Origin: the human T2T-CHM13v2.0 reference genome, Homo sapiens
DNA: 64,000 nucleotides
Direction: 5' to 3' (one strand)
Assembly (NCBI RefSeq): GCF_009914755.1
Contig: NC_060934.1
Position numbers and translations under genes: made by a program
In this document: piece by piece, positions 41,740 to 54,992 of the stretch
Numbering within the stretch: the first letter of the stretch is position 1
Layout of the letters: each line of letters begins with the position of its first letter
Notes under the pieces: generated by a model
Databases searched by the model: none
What the model saw: the letters and a program-made list of their open reading frames with translations, nothing else
What the model was told of the DNA's origin: nothing

Positions 41740-44700
41740 GTATGTTGTTGTGTCCTTTGTTTTTAATGCACGCTTTTCTAGTTTCTAGAGCTGGCTGAGA
41801 CAATAATTATGCTCTGAATCAAGTAGCTTCCTTACCTTAGAAGAGAAGGGGGGAAAAAGAATCTAAAGAGGAAGAGGGAGATGAAATCGAGACCCAGAGA
41901 TTGGGAGAAAGAGAGAGCCAGCGAGAGAAAGGCGGAGGACTGCCGTGAATTCTATTTGTACTAGTTGCCTTTTGAAAGCATATCATGTATTTGCTCACTG
42001 CTATTTGTGAGTGGCCAGTGGATAATTTTAAGGGCTCTGAATCTGGATCTTGGTTCGTCTTTTCCTTTGCAATGTCTAAGCCTCTTTCATTTTTATGCAC
42101 TCTGCATGGAATAATCACCGAAAAAGGAGCTGAGGAGACTCCATATTAGACTTGCGTTCCAAATACCGCTCTAATCTGGACTTAGCCTACCTAAATAGTC
42201 CTCCTGTGTTACCAGGTTTGGATCACTTTATCCTGTTTGCCAAAATGTGTACCCGTTTGGAGACCTCTTTCATGCATGGCGTCCTGGGTCCCCATGTATT
42301 GAAAGCAAATATTTGTTTCCTGCCTCTGTGTTGGGGGTTCTCTCACATACCAGGAAGGAGGCACCACTGACCTTTTGGGAAGCAGAGGGAAAATTATGAT
42401 AGAATTGGCATCCTGCTTTGAAAAATGTAGTCTTTTGTTTATTTGCTAGCAGACATTGTAGCACTGAATACATCTTTGGGTCTGACAATGGGACCGGTTG
42501 AACAATGCAGCTGTCAAACTAGCTTAATGCATGTCTGGGGCTTTATTTTTTTCTTTTTCAACACCCTTTTTTATCTCCTATAATCTTGTTTGTATAGACC
42601 ATCAGAATGAAGAGCTTTTGCAACTGCTTGTTTGTGGTTTAGTGCTTTTAAAAAATTTAGTATCTGCTGTTCATAGAGCTTTTTGCATTCTGCCGCTATG
42701 TTGGTTGGATTAAGTTAGAGATTTATTTCTTACCTCTCTGTTAACTACTGAAAGAAAACTTATTGATTGAGAATGCTTGTAATACCATTATCATTCTGGC
42801 AAATGCCTTGTGATCAGACCTGCCTCTATGGTATTTAAAGCTTGGGGATTTTTAATTTGCTCATTTGGTGAACTTATGAAACATAGCATGAAAAAGAGTT
42901 AAGAGGAATATTCTTGATGTTTACGTAAATTACAGTTTTTAGTCTCTGCTTCTCCCTTTGGCATCCATGTAGATAAACGGTTTAGAAATTCAAGGACAAG
43001 TGAGAACTTTTGCCCTCACAATTTCGGTCACAAACTATTATTATATAGCCTATTAAGTTGTGAAGTTCAAGGTCTCTGTGGAATATATTGATTTTTGATT
43101 TATGCTTATGTCCTTATAAAATGCCTTTCTATGCAGGGCAAACATTTCTCACATCTTCAAATATCTTTCATTTTACAAGATAAGCGTTGGTTTCTAAGGT
43201 GAGAACAGTGAAGCTTTCGACAGAGAAAATGGAAAAATCTGTTTCAAACTTCTCAAATAATGAAACCATTCATATTGCCACATAAGAAATAAAAGAATTG
43301 GCCCTAGACTAGTGAATTATAATTGATTTACATGAAAATCATTTTACTAAGGTTGACTTCTGTGAAGAATATATCTTATCTAACATTCTAATGTGTTGCT
43401 TAATTAGCTGTTTGTGCCACAGCAATATATCAGAATATATTAGTACATTTATAGAGAGAGTTTAAGTACCTCATTTTAAAAAACAGAGGGGAAATTGTTT
43501 TGAAGGGTAATTTTTAAAACTTTAGTTGTAAATATTCCCTATTGGATTATATTTTGGTTTAAATTAATGATGTTCTCAATAAATAAGAAACAAGATGTAT
43601 TACTTAGGAAAACAGTTATGAAACATGAGCTATTTTTTAGAATTTGGACGTGAATTTCAGTTTTTTTCAATTTAAGTTGAAATGTTACAAAAAATTTTAA
43701 TGCAGGATTATTAAAATAAATGTTACCGGATAAATAGAATTGCCTTCTAAAGTAGAGATTTTTCTATGGACAGTATTTTCAGAGTAGGTACACTCAAAAC
43801 ATATGTGCAGCATAATCATATTTTTTAAGTTATCGGTTGTGAATAGAGTGAATTTTAAATGCATGCCTGTGATGTTGTCTTACTTGCGATGGGATCGGAA
43901 CTGCTCATTCCATCGTATACCAATAACTGCTTTCAAGATGGGCTCATAAAAGGTAATTGGTGAAGCTTTATATCTGAGGCCGGCACACGGTTTCCAGCAC
44001 ACTCCGATTCTGCTTCCATGGGAAATGTTTAATCCAAAACAAAGGTTGCAAGTCAATTTTGTGTGGGTTGGGAGGAAAGTAGCCTTCTGTGCTCCCTAGC
44101 AGCTTGTCCGTGGCCCGCTTAAAGAAACGACGTGGAAACCCCCACGTTGAATTTTTGACTAAATTAGCAGTTATTTATCTGTGATCTAGTCACTCTAATT
44201 CCTGGGTAGTCACAGTTAGGTACGGAAACGAGGTAACCCTCTTCTCACTTTGTTTGCTTTTCCGGTGGTTGGATTATTACCAGCTCCCGGAATTTGGAAG
44301 CTGCCCCCATTCCAGCATCCGACATACATATGTCTTTTCCTTTCACCTGATAGGGACGGTGTGAGGTTGCCCGAAGCTGGCAAACTTGTCTACATCTATT
44401 TCCACAACAGGAACAGGATACGTAATCTGTATCCTTCCATAAGCCTCTATATGTAATGATTCCTCAAGGTAGTGACTTTAACAAATGTTGGAGGAAAGTT
44501 TAATTCTAAGCCCAGACATGCAGAAAAATGAATAGCAAAAGATTCAAACTGGGAAAATGACTTCTTTCCACAGAAAGTAAATATTGCACCCTAAGCCCTT
44601 CTGCCATGAGCTTTGGGAATATTCACATAGATGTGTTCAGCAGACCACAGACTGAGATCTCTAACCCCCTGTGTATGAATATTCCTTGATTTGTTAAAAT

Positions 44701-45613
44701 GAAACCAGATAGTTTTGCTTTTTTTAAAATAGGAGGGTATACATTTGCAAAAATCTCCTTTTGGGGCTGAAAAACGAAAGTGAGCATTTGATTAGTATTC
44801 ATATCTAGAACTTTGTAGCAAGTGCAGATTGTGCTAGAAGACCGAGGAAGTCATTCAAAGAGTGAATCAATACTAATTATTGTAATCAGGGGGGTTAATT
44901 AGGTGAAAATGTGGCTGATAAAAAGTTCATTGAGCACAGCCATGGAAACACGCAGGTTCTTGGAAAGAAAGTAAAATGCACAAGGAAGAGTGTTACGTGG
45001 GGACGATCATTCTGTATTTAAGGTGTCAGAATTCATAGACGAAAAGCATACCTTGGTTTTGTCATTATGGTAGTGAGCATATTAGAAATATCCCACTTAG
45101 ATTTCTTTGTATGGAGATTTCTGTAACAGTCATTAACAGAATGCAGTTTGTTTTGTGGCATCATCTTCTTCGTGGCATTGATCTGTACTTTCTGGAACAG
45201 TAATGAGCACAAGTCCATTCAGTGGCAATAATGCCTTCTTGGGTCACCTTTATTAGCCTTCACTGAATTTCTTTGCATATTTTGATAATTCCTGGGGAAT
45301 TTGCGGGGGGGGGGGAGCATTCCTGATTCATAAAACTATTGATTGCTTCTCTAATTGTTCCTGGATATGGGATTCTTTTTCTGAACTAACAGTGACTTTT
45401 GTTGGGTAGGAAAGACAAGGCAGTGGTGTGGAGAGGATTAAAATTCGTGGCAATTGACTTGGCTGACATTGGAAAGAGAGTGTCCAAGGAGGGACAGGAC
45501 GTGGGAGGTTTTAATGTTGTAGCCCATTCAGAATTAAAATGAAGTGTCCTAGAGCCGAAGCACCTTTCTGATTAAATGGCATCAATTCACAGAGATCAGA
45601 CTAAGATGGAAGT

Positions 45614-45664
45614 TGTGTGTGTGTGTGTGCGTGTGTGTGAGTGTGTGTGTGTGCGTGCGCGCGT
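45614..45664 (+). repeat. Interrupted (TG)n/(CG)n microsatellite
   Basis: Seen directly. Confidence 0.93.
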
Positions 45665-46769
45665 CGGAACCTCCGTTCAACTCAGAGATGTTGCTGGTTA
45701 ACCCTGATTTTCGATGAGGTACACTTTGTTCCCAAACACACCATTCTGCTTCATGGAACGTTGTCAGCAATTATCAGGTACAGGTGTGTTTATCTCCCCC
45801 CACAGCTTTCTTCTGAGTGTGTGACTGATCCGGCACATTTTCTTGTATGTCAAGACCATCAAAGTTAACAGGAAATGGCATCTGTGGAGAGAGGGTGACA
45901 CTAGCCCTGAGTGACATGTATTACGAGGGCAGATTGAACTCCTGCTACTTCAGCCCATTCCAGGTTGACCCGCCCATGATTGGCTGTTTAGGATGGTGAT
46001 GAATCACTTGAGTTTAGGGAGCAGGATTGGCAGCATGCCCTCAGAGAAAAATAAAAACTAGAATTTCCCTGCAAGACTATTTAGTTCCACAAACTTTGTT
46101 GTCATGGAAAGGAAGAGCTTGAGGTTTCAAGTTATGATGCTGACATACCTCCGATATGCGTGGCTGTTTTCATCCCCTTCTTCAGAAGGCCTGCAGCTGC
46201 AATCAGTAGAAAACTCTGTGTTGAAGCTTACAGGCAGCATCACGGGCTTCTAGCAGGTCTGTGAACTGACTAGCCTGGGCACAGTTGTGCCTTTATGCGG
46301 AAATTGATGAGTTGCTTTTCATCCTTCCTGTAAGGCTCTCCATCTCAGTCCCACCAGGACAGCAGGCCCTGCGATGTTGCTCATGCTTTGCTTTGTGAAC
46401 ATCCTGGGCTGAGAGTCCAGCTCTCCTCTGGGCTCGATGAGAAGGCTGACCTGCTCATTTGGAGATGCCTTTAAGGTATCATGTCTGTAAATGAAAACTC
46501 ATGTTGACCTTGTTTATGAAAAACGATTTGATAAAAACGAATGGAGACCCCATTCCAAGCCTCAGGATGTTCGGTGACTGCTCTCCAGAAACGATAACCT
46601 CCCTCTTCCCTCTGGGTCTGGCTACAGGCCTTAGAAGTATCAGTGGAAACCTCAGTGCTAAAAGAACAATCGAATCAGTACTGGCCTTCTCTCTTCCTTT
46701 CCAACTGCCCGTTGTAGGTTTTAACAAAGATAGGGGTGGGGGTGTTGAAATAAGGAATAAAAATGAAAC

Positions 46770-46990
46770 TTATTAACAATCTACCTGGCACTACACTAAC
46801 TGGTTACTTTGATCTTGTATAATTTAATCCTCAGATATCCAAGAGTTAATGGTAGTTGTTATTCCCATTTTAAAGATGAAAAACTGAGCCCGAGAGAGGT
46901 AAAGTCACAGGCCCATAGACACAGTGGGAGGAACTATGACCCTGTATTCAGCCAAACACCTCCCATGAGCCATCTTGACAGTATAACTAT
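46770..46990 (-). mobile_element. MIR
   Basis: TATTCCCATTTTAAAGATGAAAAACTGAGCCCGAGAGAGGTAAAGTCAC core. Confidence 0.85.
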
Positions 46991-47479
46991 TTAATAGTTG
47001 ACATTTTAAAGACATTTCTTTCTCTGGTGCTGTGGTTCCACTGTAGACGTTGATTTGTGTTTCCTGGCTTTAACTAGCGAGGAAGTTGTACAATTCAGCG
47101 AGGAACTGTCACGTAGGATCTGCGGTCAAATCCCTGGTCACTGTTTATAGTTTCAGCTGCTCAGCCCTTCCTAAATTACAGCTCTTTTAAACTTACCTTG
47201 CAGTGCCAATTTTGGGAAGGGCATAGGACTGAAGAAATGGAGCACAGTGCTAATGCAGAAAGCATCTAGGAAGGAAGAAAGGAAACATTTTTGAAAGTAC
47301 CAATGTAGATTCTAACAACTCTCTCTTCTGTACCCTCATTTGTTCACCTTACAGCTGAGGAGGTCTTTGAATTAACGCATCCCATGCCTCACTTCTCTTG
47401 GGCTTGAATCTGTATAATGGGAACAGATGTTGGAAGGAACAATAGACAATTTTAAAGCATTATGAAATTCAAGTATGAA

Positions 47480-47730
47480 TTTTTATGCATCTCGGGGGCC
47501 AAAATAGGTCATACGGCAATGAAAACCAAGCAAGTAACAAACATACATGCAGTGCTCAATGAAAGACATAGTCTGGGGCCTCAAGCAACTCACAGCACTC
47601 ATGGAACAAAGAGTAGACAGTGAATGAGGAGGGGTCAAGTGGCGAGATGCAGAGACAGGGGAGTTGAGCTGGGCCCTGAAGGATGGGCAGATGGAGGTGG
47701 GTGAGGGGGAGAGGGAAGGTGTCATTAGGA
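47480..47730 (-). mobile_element. L2 fragment
   Basis: CCTCAAGCAACTCACAG...GAGTTGAGCTGGGCCCTGAAGGATGGGCAG. Confidence 0.6.
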
Positions 47731-50700
47731 CACCCTGAATTCATCTTTATTATTAAAAAAAAAAAAAACGCAAAATACAATCCTTAGCTTCATCTCCTTT
47801 CTTCCTCAGACCCTAATGTCATTTACATCTCTCCTCTTCTCTTACCTGCCCTATTCCTATGAAACAGGGCAAATATGTAGCTATTCATATAAAGAGGAAA
47901 TTGAGAAGTGAAGTGATTAGGTCACATGACACTTTGTACTCAGCGATAGTGGTAGGACTTGACTAGGTAGCTATACCACTTTTTCCTAAAGGCTTTGGGT
48001 AGTTCTTTTAAGAGAAAGAAAAAAAATTTCCCCTAATGGACTTCATGGGAATTAGCATCAAAAGCAAAGTTAAATAAAAAGTCATTTGGGATTTTCAAAA
48101 GCCTCTATCCTTGGCTAAAAATGGCTGGAGATTTGAACCATATTATAGGGAAAAAATAAATTTCCTGTGCTCAAAACCTTAATGTATTTTCAACCTACAT
48201 GTCACTTTAATAGCTTGGTTATATAACTGCTGTAGTGATAATTAGGTTAACACATTGTACTTCTTATCTGAGGATCATGGTAGGCTTTGATTTTTCAGCC
48301 ATTCATCTCTATTAGGAAGTACGGAATGGCCACGCTTAAGAAGAAAGGTCTAGCTGATGAATCAGAAAATTAAATGACTCATTCCCATTGTCAATCAACT
48401 CTTTGACAGAATGAAATGCTGAATCCAACAAGTCTGGTTCTTAAGCCTCAAAATGTCTTCACTCAGTCTGAAAGCAGTGCTTGCCCTAAAGATTCTGATC
48501 TGCATGTACTGGATCAGATATCTTCTGATCCTAGTGACCACGAGCTCTTTGGGAGGGATCAGTTACCATAGTGAGTCAAGTAGATTCATTTGCTTTATTT
48601 TAACAGAAACCAAAGCTTTGGCTCTCTTAATCCTCACTCTTTTTTCAAGATGTATTTGTTCAGAAAAAGGACAGACATTCAGGCACATGGGCTGTCATGC
48701 CCAGAGAGATTCCCTCTGAAGTAGAGAATTTGATTCCTGCCAAGATCCGTCTCAGACAACCCCACCCTCAAGCTTACCACATCCATTTCTCTTCCTTTCA
48801 CCCCACCTGTTGCTGCCTTCTCCGGGACCGAATGTTACGCCTGCAACTGTGTCCTCCCAGCTGTTGCTGTTCAGCTGTTGTAGTCTGTCAAGCGGTAATG
48901 TCTCCTTTTTCTAAAATTTAACACCATGTGACAGTAAGACAAGAACTTCTGACCAGTTGGGGAAAACATGTCGTCGGGGTGGGGGCAGTGAGGGGTGGAC
49001 TGGGAAGGAATGAAAACCTCATTCTGATAAGTGTAAATTTTGTTCCTGCCGCCAGGCTGGCACCAGATAAGGGCACTTGGTATGGTTTGACAAATCTCGG
49101 CATCTTCAAGAGGGCACTGGGACATTTCTTCAAAGGATTTTTTTTTTTCTGAGTGCCTGCCGTGTGCAAATCACAGTGCTAAACAGGGAAGCCTTTTTCT
49201 TCTCCCCACCCCTTCCCCAGACGTCTCCTTCCCAGTTTTCACATCCTATTGACTCCCTTCATAGTGGACAGTCTTCCATCCTCCCCCTCCTCTTCCTGGT
49301 AATGTCTGGAAAGGAATCCCAGGGCTCACTGCGAAGACAGCTGTTCCTAGTTCAGAAATCGGCCTTGGTCAAGGCAAGTCAAACATGATTTCTCTGGCAG
49401 ATGAGCAACCCACGGCTCCTTTCTTCACTTTGGTAGCCACCTACTTCCTCAGACACGCAGCTGGAGAGGAAGTTTCTGCCACTGTCTGGCTCCCATTTGA
49501 GAGAGAGGAGGAGAAAAGGGAGAAAGAGAAAGCTGAGAAAGAAAGAAATAAAAAGGCCTGCAATCTTGGTACAATGGAGAAAGGAGAAAAAGGAAAGGGC
49601 AAGTTAGAGAGGGAAGTGATGAGATGGTTGGGCTCTGGGTGTGAGAGATCCACAGTGCTAACATTTCATTCCCTTGGATTGGAAGCTGCAGACCACGCTA
49701 GTGGGGTCCCTCCTTTGCGAGTGAGAAGGTATGTATCCAAGGAACTGTCTTCAGCTTGAAGGCCTCTTCACAAGGGAGATAAATTCATCATGATGTATTC
49801 TGGCTCTATGAAAAACAGCTTCAGAAAAACACAAGATTGCAAAAAATAAAAATAAATAGAAACCAGTGGAAGCTATTCTCAAGCAACGGTGACTACTTAC
49901 TATTCCCTGAAAAAATGTAAAATGAGCTTAATAACGATTTCATCTTTATTGGCATTTACTTTTACTTAAATCGCCTTAGAAATGTGATAATGTCACTGTT
50001 CCAGAAGTTATCAAGATGGAGGGAAAATAAGTGATCATTTTAAACTTATAATTGGCGATATAAATATTTATTGTTTAAGTGATGTCATTACGGAACCAAG
50101 AAGAGATAGGCTTACAATGTGTCACTTAAGGATATGTTTGGGGTTTTTTGTTAACACATTAAAAAATGTTTATTTTTGCAAGTTGCTAATGAAACTGCAG
50201 TAAGCCAAGAACAAACACATGGTCACAAAGTCAGATATTCTCTCAGGTACTTAAAATTCATGTGGATTTCAAATGTATTGCCTGGCAATGATGGGAAATC
50301 CCCTCACAGGGCCTGTATTGCTTGCTCCAAATGGCTGTGAGCACGCTGGACGTGTTTTTTTGTTTCTTTGCTGTTGCTGTTAACTAAAACAGCTATGCTA
50401 ATAAAATTTGAATTTGCAAATGTGATAGGGGAAAGATGTTTTGCATCCTGGTTTGTCATGACGAGCCAGAAATGAGAAGGAAAAAGAAATCCTTCAGTAA
50501 AGGTGGCTTTTTGAGTTGACTGAACAATGCTAGCACATCTTTGTTCTGTAGTTGAAGGGCTGATAGCTACTGCCTTTTAAGTGATGCTACCATGGGAAGT
50601 TATGTATAGGAATAATAAAAAATGGAAATGTCACAAGATATACAAGGTTGTCTGCACGAGCAGAAAATTAACTGTTGGGTTATAAACATGGGTCACGATA

Positions 50701-53700
50701 TATCAAGCACCAGTCCCTAAATTATAGTAGCAACTTTGTGCAAAAATGTTGAAAGATCTCAAGTCAGTGGACTGTATTCTGGTTCACTGATTGAGTGAGG
50801 TGGCAGGAAAAGGGTTTGTATTCCAATTCAAGCAGTTTGTACTCTGCGTACAAATGCATTTATTAGCACTGTTTCCATTGAGTGTGTTTTTTTTTTAATG
50901 CCAGTGATAATTCAGTGCTCAATGACCTGTGGACAAAACTCTGTATGAGATGAGGTTCGAAGACGGAAGTGGAGCTGAAACTGCACAGTGCTTTCCCTTG
51001 CCTGGGAAGGCCTCATATAAAATGAGGTCATTCAGAAACTTTCCCTTGAAGTGCTTCCAATTCTTGAATTGCCTTTTGTTTGGGAAATGAATAGCAAGTT
51101 GATTAAAAAAAGGAGACAATTAGGGAAGGTAGGGGGATGGGGCTAAGAAGAGCTTAAGGTTTTTCCACAATGCAGCTAAAACTATGAGGAAACTTCATTG
51201 TTCAGGACAGCCTGGTCCCCAGTGATGGCAACACAGGGTGGTGTCACCAACCGGTTCATATCCACGGGTGGGGCCAGCTGATGGCGTCGTCCCCTCCACT
51301 GCTGTCGATAAGATCCTTGACTATAAAATAGCTTCATTGAACCCGAGCGTTCAACAGCGGCCCCATAGAGCTGTCTGCCAAATAACTCCAACTGCCAAAA
51401 CATGATACCTGATGGCTCGTTACTGCATGAAAATTAAAAAAGGGGCCCTGTTGAGTTGTTTTTAGATTTTTTTTCTTCTTTCCAAAGCAGTGAAATGAGA
51501 AATTGAAGCTTTTCATCGGGTGGTATTTGGTTGGGTGTTCTTGTTTTGTTTTCTCAAGAGCTTTTGAAATTTGTATTTTTACAAATGGCTTTTGTGTATG
51601 TGCTGTGATCATGGAAACCGACTCGATATTAGAAATGAAAGCTACAAATGGAAGATTGTTGTCAATAACCTATGGTGGGGGGTGATGTGTGTGAGTATTT
51701 AGTTTCCCTCTGGTATCTACATCAAGTGCCTATGCAATCACTACATTATTTATTTGGCAGCCAAAGTATTTAAAGTCAGATGCACCCCATAAGCTCTCCT
51801 CGGTTCACATCACCATATCCCATGTAGAGTGAGTTTTCTTTTATATTTGACCCTGGTTTTGCTTATATCTTTAAACTGCAAAAGCAAATGTGATTTGAAA
51901 ACTATGTTACACAGTAGTTAAATAAAGCAGTAACCTATGCACTTGGAATCCTCTCTCTATGACCTACTTACATACTACTTCACCCTCCTCATAGTATGAT
52001 TAAAAGCTGCTTTGAATCCACTATTGCCTCAAGGGATTTGAGGCTAGAATTTAACAAACTGCTGAGAAGGCTTAAGTCAGTAAGAGGGCTTCCTTACAGC
52101 TTCTTCCAACTAATTCACATGCAATTAAAGAGAAAATAAGTATTTCAGAAGCGTACATGTTAATGAAACATGTTCTACCTTATAGAATGTAGATATACAT
52201 GTTCTACCTTACAGAATGTAGCCTTTATGCTATGGCTGATTAGAAAATATTTTTCATTTTGATTAATGCAGTTGTGTTTTGCTTCTGTTTTGGAGGCCAA
52301 GTCTGCTCCTTTCTTAAAATAATTTTTATATAGTCAGCTGATTATATACATTAGATATTTATGCAAATAACGTATGGAAAACCAAGAACTGCCAAGGTTT
52401 GTCTTCATTTATCCAGCTAATTATTAAGATAATTGAAGACCAATCAAAATCCTGTAATTTCAAAGGCAGAAGAGTAGCTGGGGAATAAATGCAGCTTAGT
52501 AGTCTGGGGACAAGTTTGGCCCTTTGGGAGTATAAGAATTCACTCGATTGCAACCATTCCTCAGTTCCTTAGGAGCCCAGACCTGGTTCCTCCAGTAAGG
52601 TAGTATTTAAAAAATTAAGGTTAGTTTAGCCCTACATCTAATGATCTTGGAAATAGAAGGTCAAAAGCCAGATACATTGTTCAGCTGAAGAAGGCAACCA
52701 AGTCCATTAAGCATGTGTGGACTTAATTGAATATCCCAGGTCTGATACTTTGTATTGCTCAATGCATCAAACTGGATTTAAAATTGATATGTAAGTGTCC
52801 ATTTGCCTTCATAACCTCTAAAGATAGTTAGCTGTCATCACACAAGAATCTGGTGAGAAATAATTAAAATCATATTTTGTCTATATCATGTCTGATACAT
52901 TTAACTATTTGTAACTTGGTTGTTTAACCCTCTGGTTTGTGTGATGGTATCCTCAGGCATAATTTGTGAGGAGAAAGCCCAGCTTCCTAGCACAGTTCTG
53001 ATTTTTAGAAAGACAAAGACTGAAAATTACATATTTCAAACAAAACCATGTGTGTGTGCGTGTATGTTTGTATAGGTATATGGATGTATAGCTGTATAGA
53101 CACATACATTACCCTAAAAGTTTAAGATGTCATTACAAAATCAAGTGAAGGTTTCTCTAAGAGGTAAACTATAAACTTTTGGTACGCAATTTATGATGTT
53201 GATTCAGAATGTGAAATATGCCATGAAGTCTTACATACTTGTGACTACACTGTGAAAAGTTTGCCACCCACATAATCAACAGTGAGAACGATCAATTAGA
53301 ATGTCACCTTAGAAACGAATTAGTTTTCCAGAACTTATGCAAATCACTTAAAAATTAAACTCGCCAGCTTCTCTGTTTTTTCTGAGTTTGGCCATTTTTC
53401 TCAATTCTTGTTAGTAAATCAGTCACAAATCTTAAGTGGATATTTAAGCTTCATGGCCCTTACATTACAGACCTAACACTCGTGAATTCACTCAGCTGGT
53501 TTCTAATTATTGTGTTAAATACTAGGAAATGGCAGATTCATGATTATCGTTTGTGTAGAAAACGTGATTTATGACTTTATTTTCAGCCGCTTATACTTCT
53601 TAGTGTTTGCAAGATGACAGAAAAGGCAGTGCCATCGTGCAGAGACAGGTTTGTCTTCCTTAGGGCACTGCGATAAGTCCCTAAATGTCACTTGGGTCAT

Positions 53701-54350
53701 AGATCTGATCTTTATTTTGCCTAAACCTCCTATATCCTTTCGGTGATCGCCCTTAGTTCCTGCCCGGGCAAGCACACCACACCGAGGAGCATCGAAGCGA
53801 ACCCTCGGGCTGCTCGCCTCCCGCGGCTGGGCTCTGGGAGCGCGGCTCGGGTCTGGAAGTGGAGCGGGCTTTGGCGCCTGGGTGGCCCTAAACCTACTCC
53901 GAGCGGCCACGGCGGCCTCTTGCCAGGGACCCCCGGGCGGGGGAGCAGAGCCAGGCGGGGAGCGGGTTTGCCTTCGGGGGCCCAGGGGACCCTGAGAAGT
54001 CTGGCCGTGCCCGGGCGGTGAGCGCGGAGGCGGCCCGCCCTGTGTCCCCGCGGGGCGGAGCCGGGTTCGGGGCCGCGCTCTGGGCCGGCGGGCCCGCAGG
54101 GGTTAAGCGGCGGCGGGCGCCCCGCGAGCTCCGCCCCCGCCCGCCGCACCTGGCGCTCGGCAGCCGGCCGCCCCGGCGCTGGATTTCGGAGGGGATTGGC
54201 GGAGCGCGAGGAGAGAATGTGACAAGTGCCGGCTCGGCGGCCGCCGGGGGAGGCCGCGCGCACCTGTCCCTGCCCGTCTCGCGCCGCCCGCGGCCGCTCG
54301 GACGCGCGCAGAGCCGCCCCCCGCCGCTGCCGCCGCGTGCGCCCGCGAAC

Positions 54351-54424
54351 ATGACTTCTGCCTTCAAGCTGGATTTCCTCCCGGACATGATGGTCGAGGG
54401 CCGCCTGCTCGTTCCTGACAGAAT
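54351..54424 (+). CDS. CELF2: CELF2 alternative first coding exon 1b (MTSAFKLDFLPDMMVEGRLLVPDR + AT of a split Ile codon), phase-2 donor
   Basis: Corresponds to the C-terminal part of ORF 54018..54428. Matches the recognised CELF2 isoform N-terminus (MTSAFKLDFLPDMMVEGRLLVPDRINGTANKM...). Start context gcgaacATG. 74-nt CDS, then donor AAT|GTGAGT at 54425. Same phase as exon 1a, so both fit the same downstream exon. Confidence 0.96.
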
Positions 54425-54645
54425 GTGAGTGGCGCCGCGTCCCGAGGCCGGGCGAGCGGGCGTCCTCCTCCCAGAGTCGGCGGCGCGAAGGGGACGGGCG
54501 TCGCCCGCAGCTCCCGGGCGCGACTCGGCCGCTTCGGATCCGTCGCCTCCCTCGGCCTTCGGAGGCCGGCACGGGACGCGGGAGGAGGGAGCGGGTGCGG
54601 ACGAGCAGCGCCGGCGGTGCAGGGCGCGGGGCTTCCCGGAGGGAC

Positions 54646-54992
54646 GAGCGGAGCGCGGCGTCCCGGGGACCGGGCGGGGTCCGCGAGTCCGGGTGAGGAC
54701 CAGCGGGCCGAGCGCGGCGTCCCGGGTCCCCGCGGGGTGAGTGGGGGACGGGCGGGGTCCACCGACCGGCGCGAGGACCCGCGAGCAGGGTGAGCGGGGC
54801 GCGGCGTCCCGGGGTCCGGGCGGGGTCCATGAGTCCAAGTGGGACCGGCGAGCCGGGCGCGGAGTCCCGGGGTCCGGTGGGGCGGGCGGGGACCGGGCGG
54901 GGTCTGGGGGTCCGGGTGAGGACTGAGCGGAGCGCGGCGTGACGGGGACCGGGCGGGGACCGGCGAGCGGGCACGGGGTCCGGGCGGGGTGC
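54646..54992 (+). repeat. Degenerate G-rich minisatellite-like array (core GCGCGGCGTCCCGGGG(A/T)CCGGGCGGGGTCC)
   Basis: The core recurs at about 54652, 54712, 54799, 54857 and 54932, plus partial units. Confidence 0.8.

Noticed and set aside
41830-41885. Minus-strand donor AAG|GTAAGG with a pyrimidine tract near exon 1a
   Set aside because: It would define only a 27-nt pyrimidine-rich exon and is easily explained by the purine-rich sense strand.
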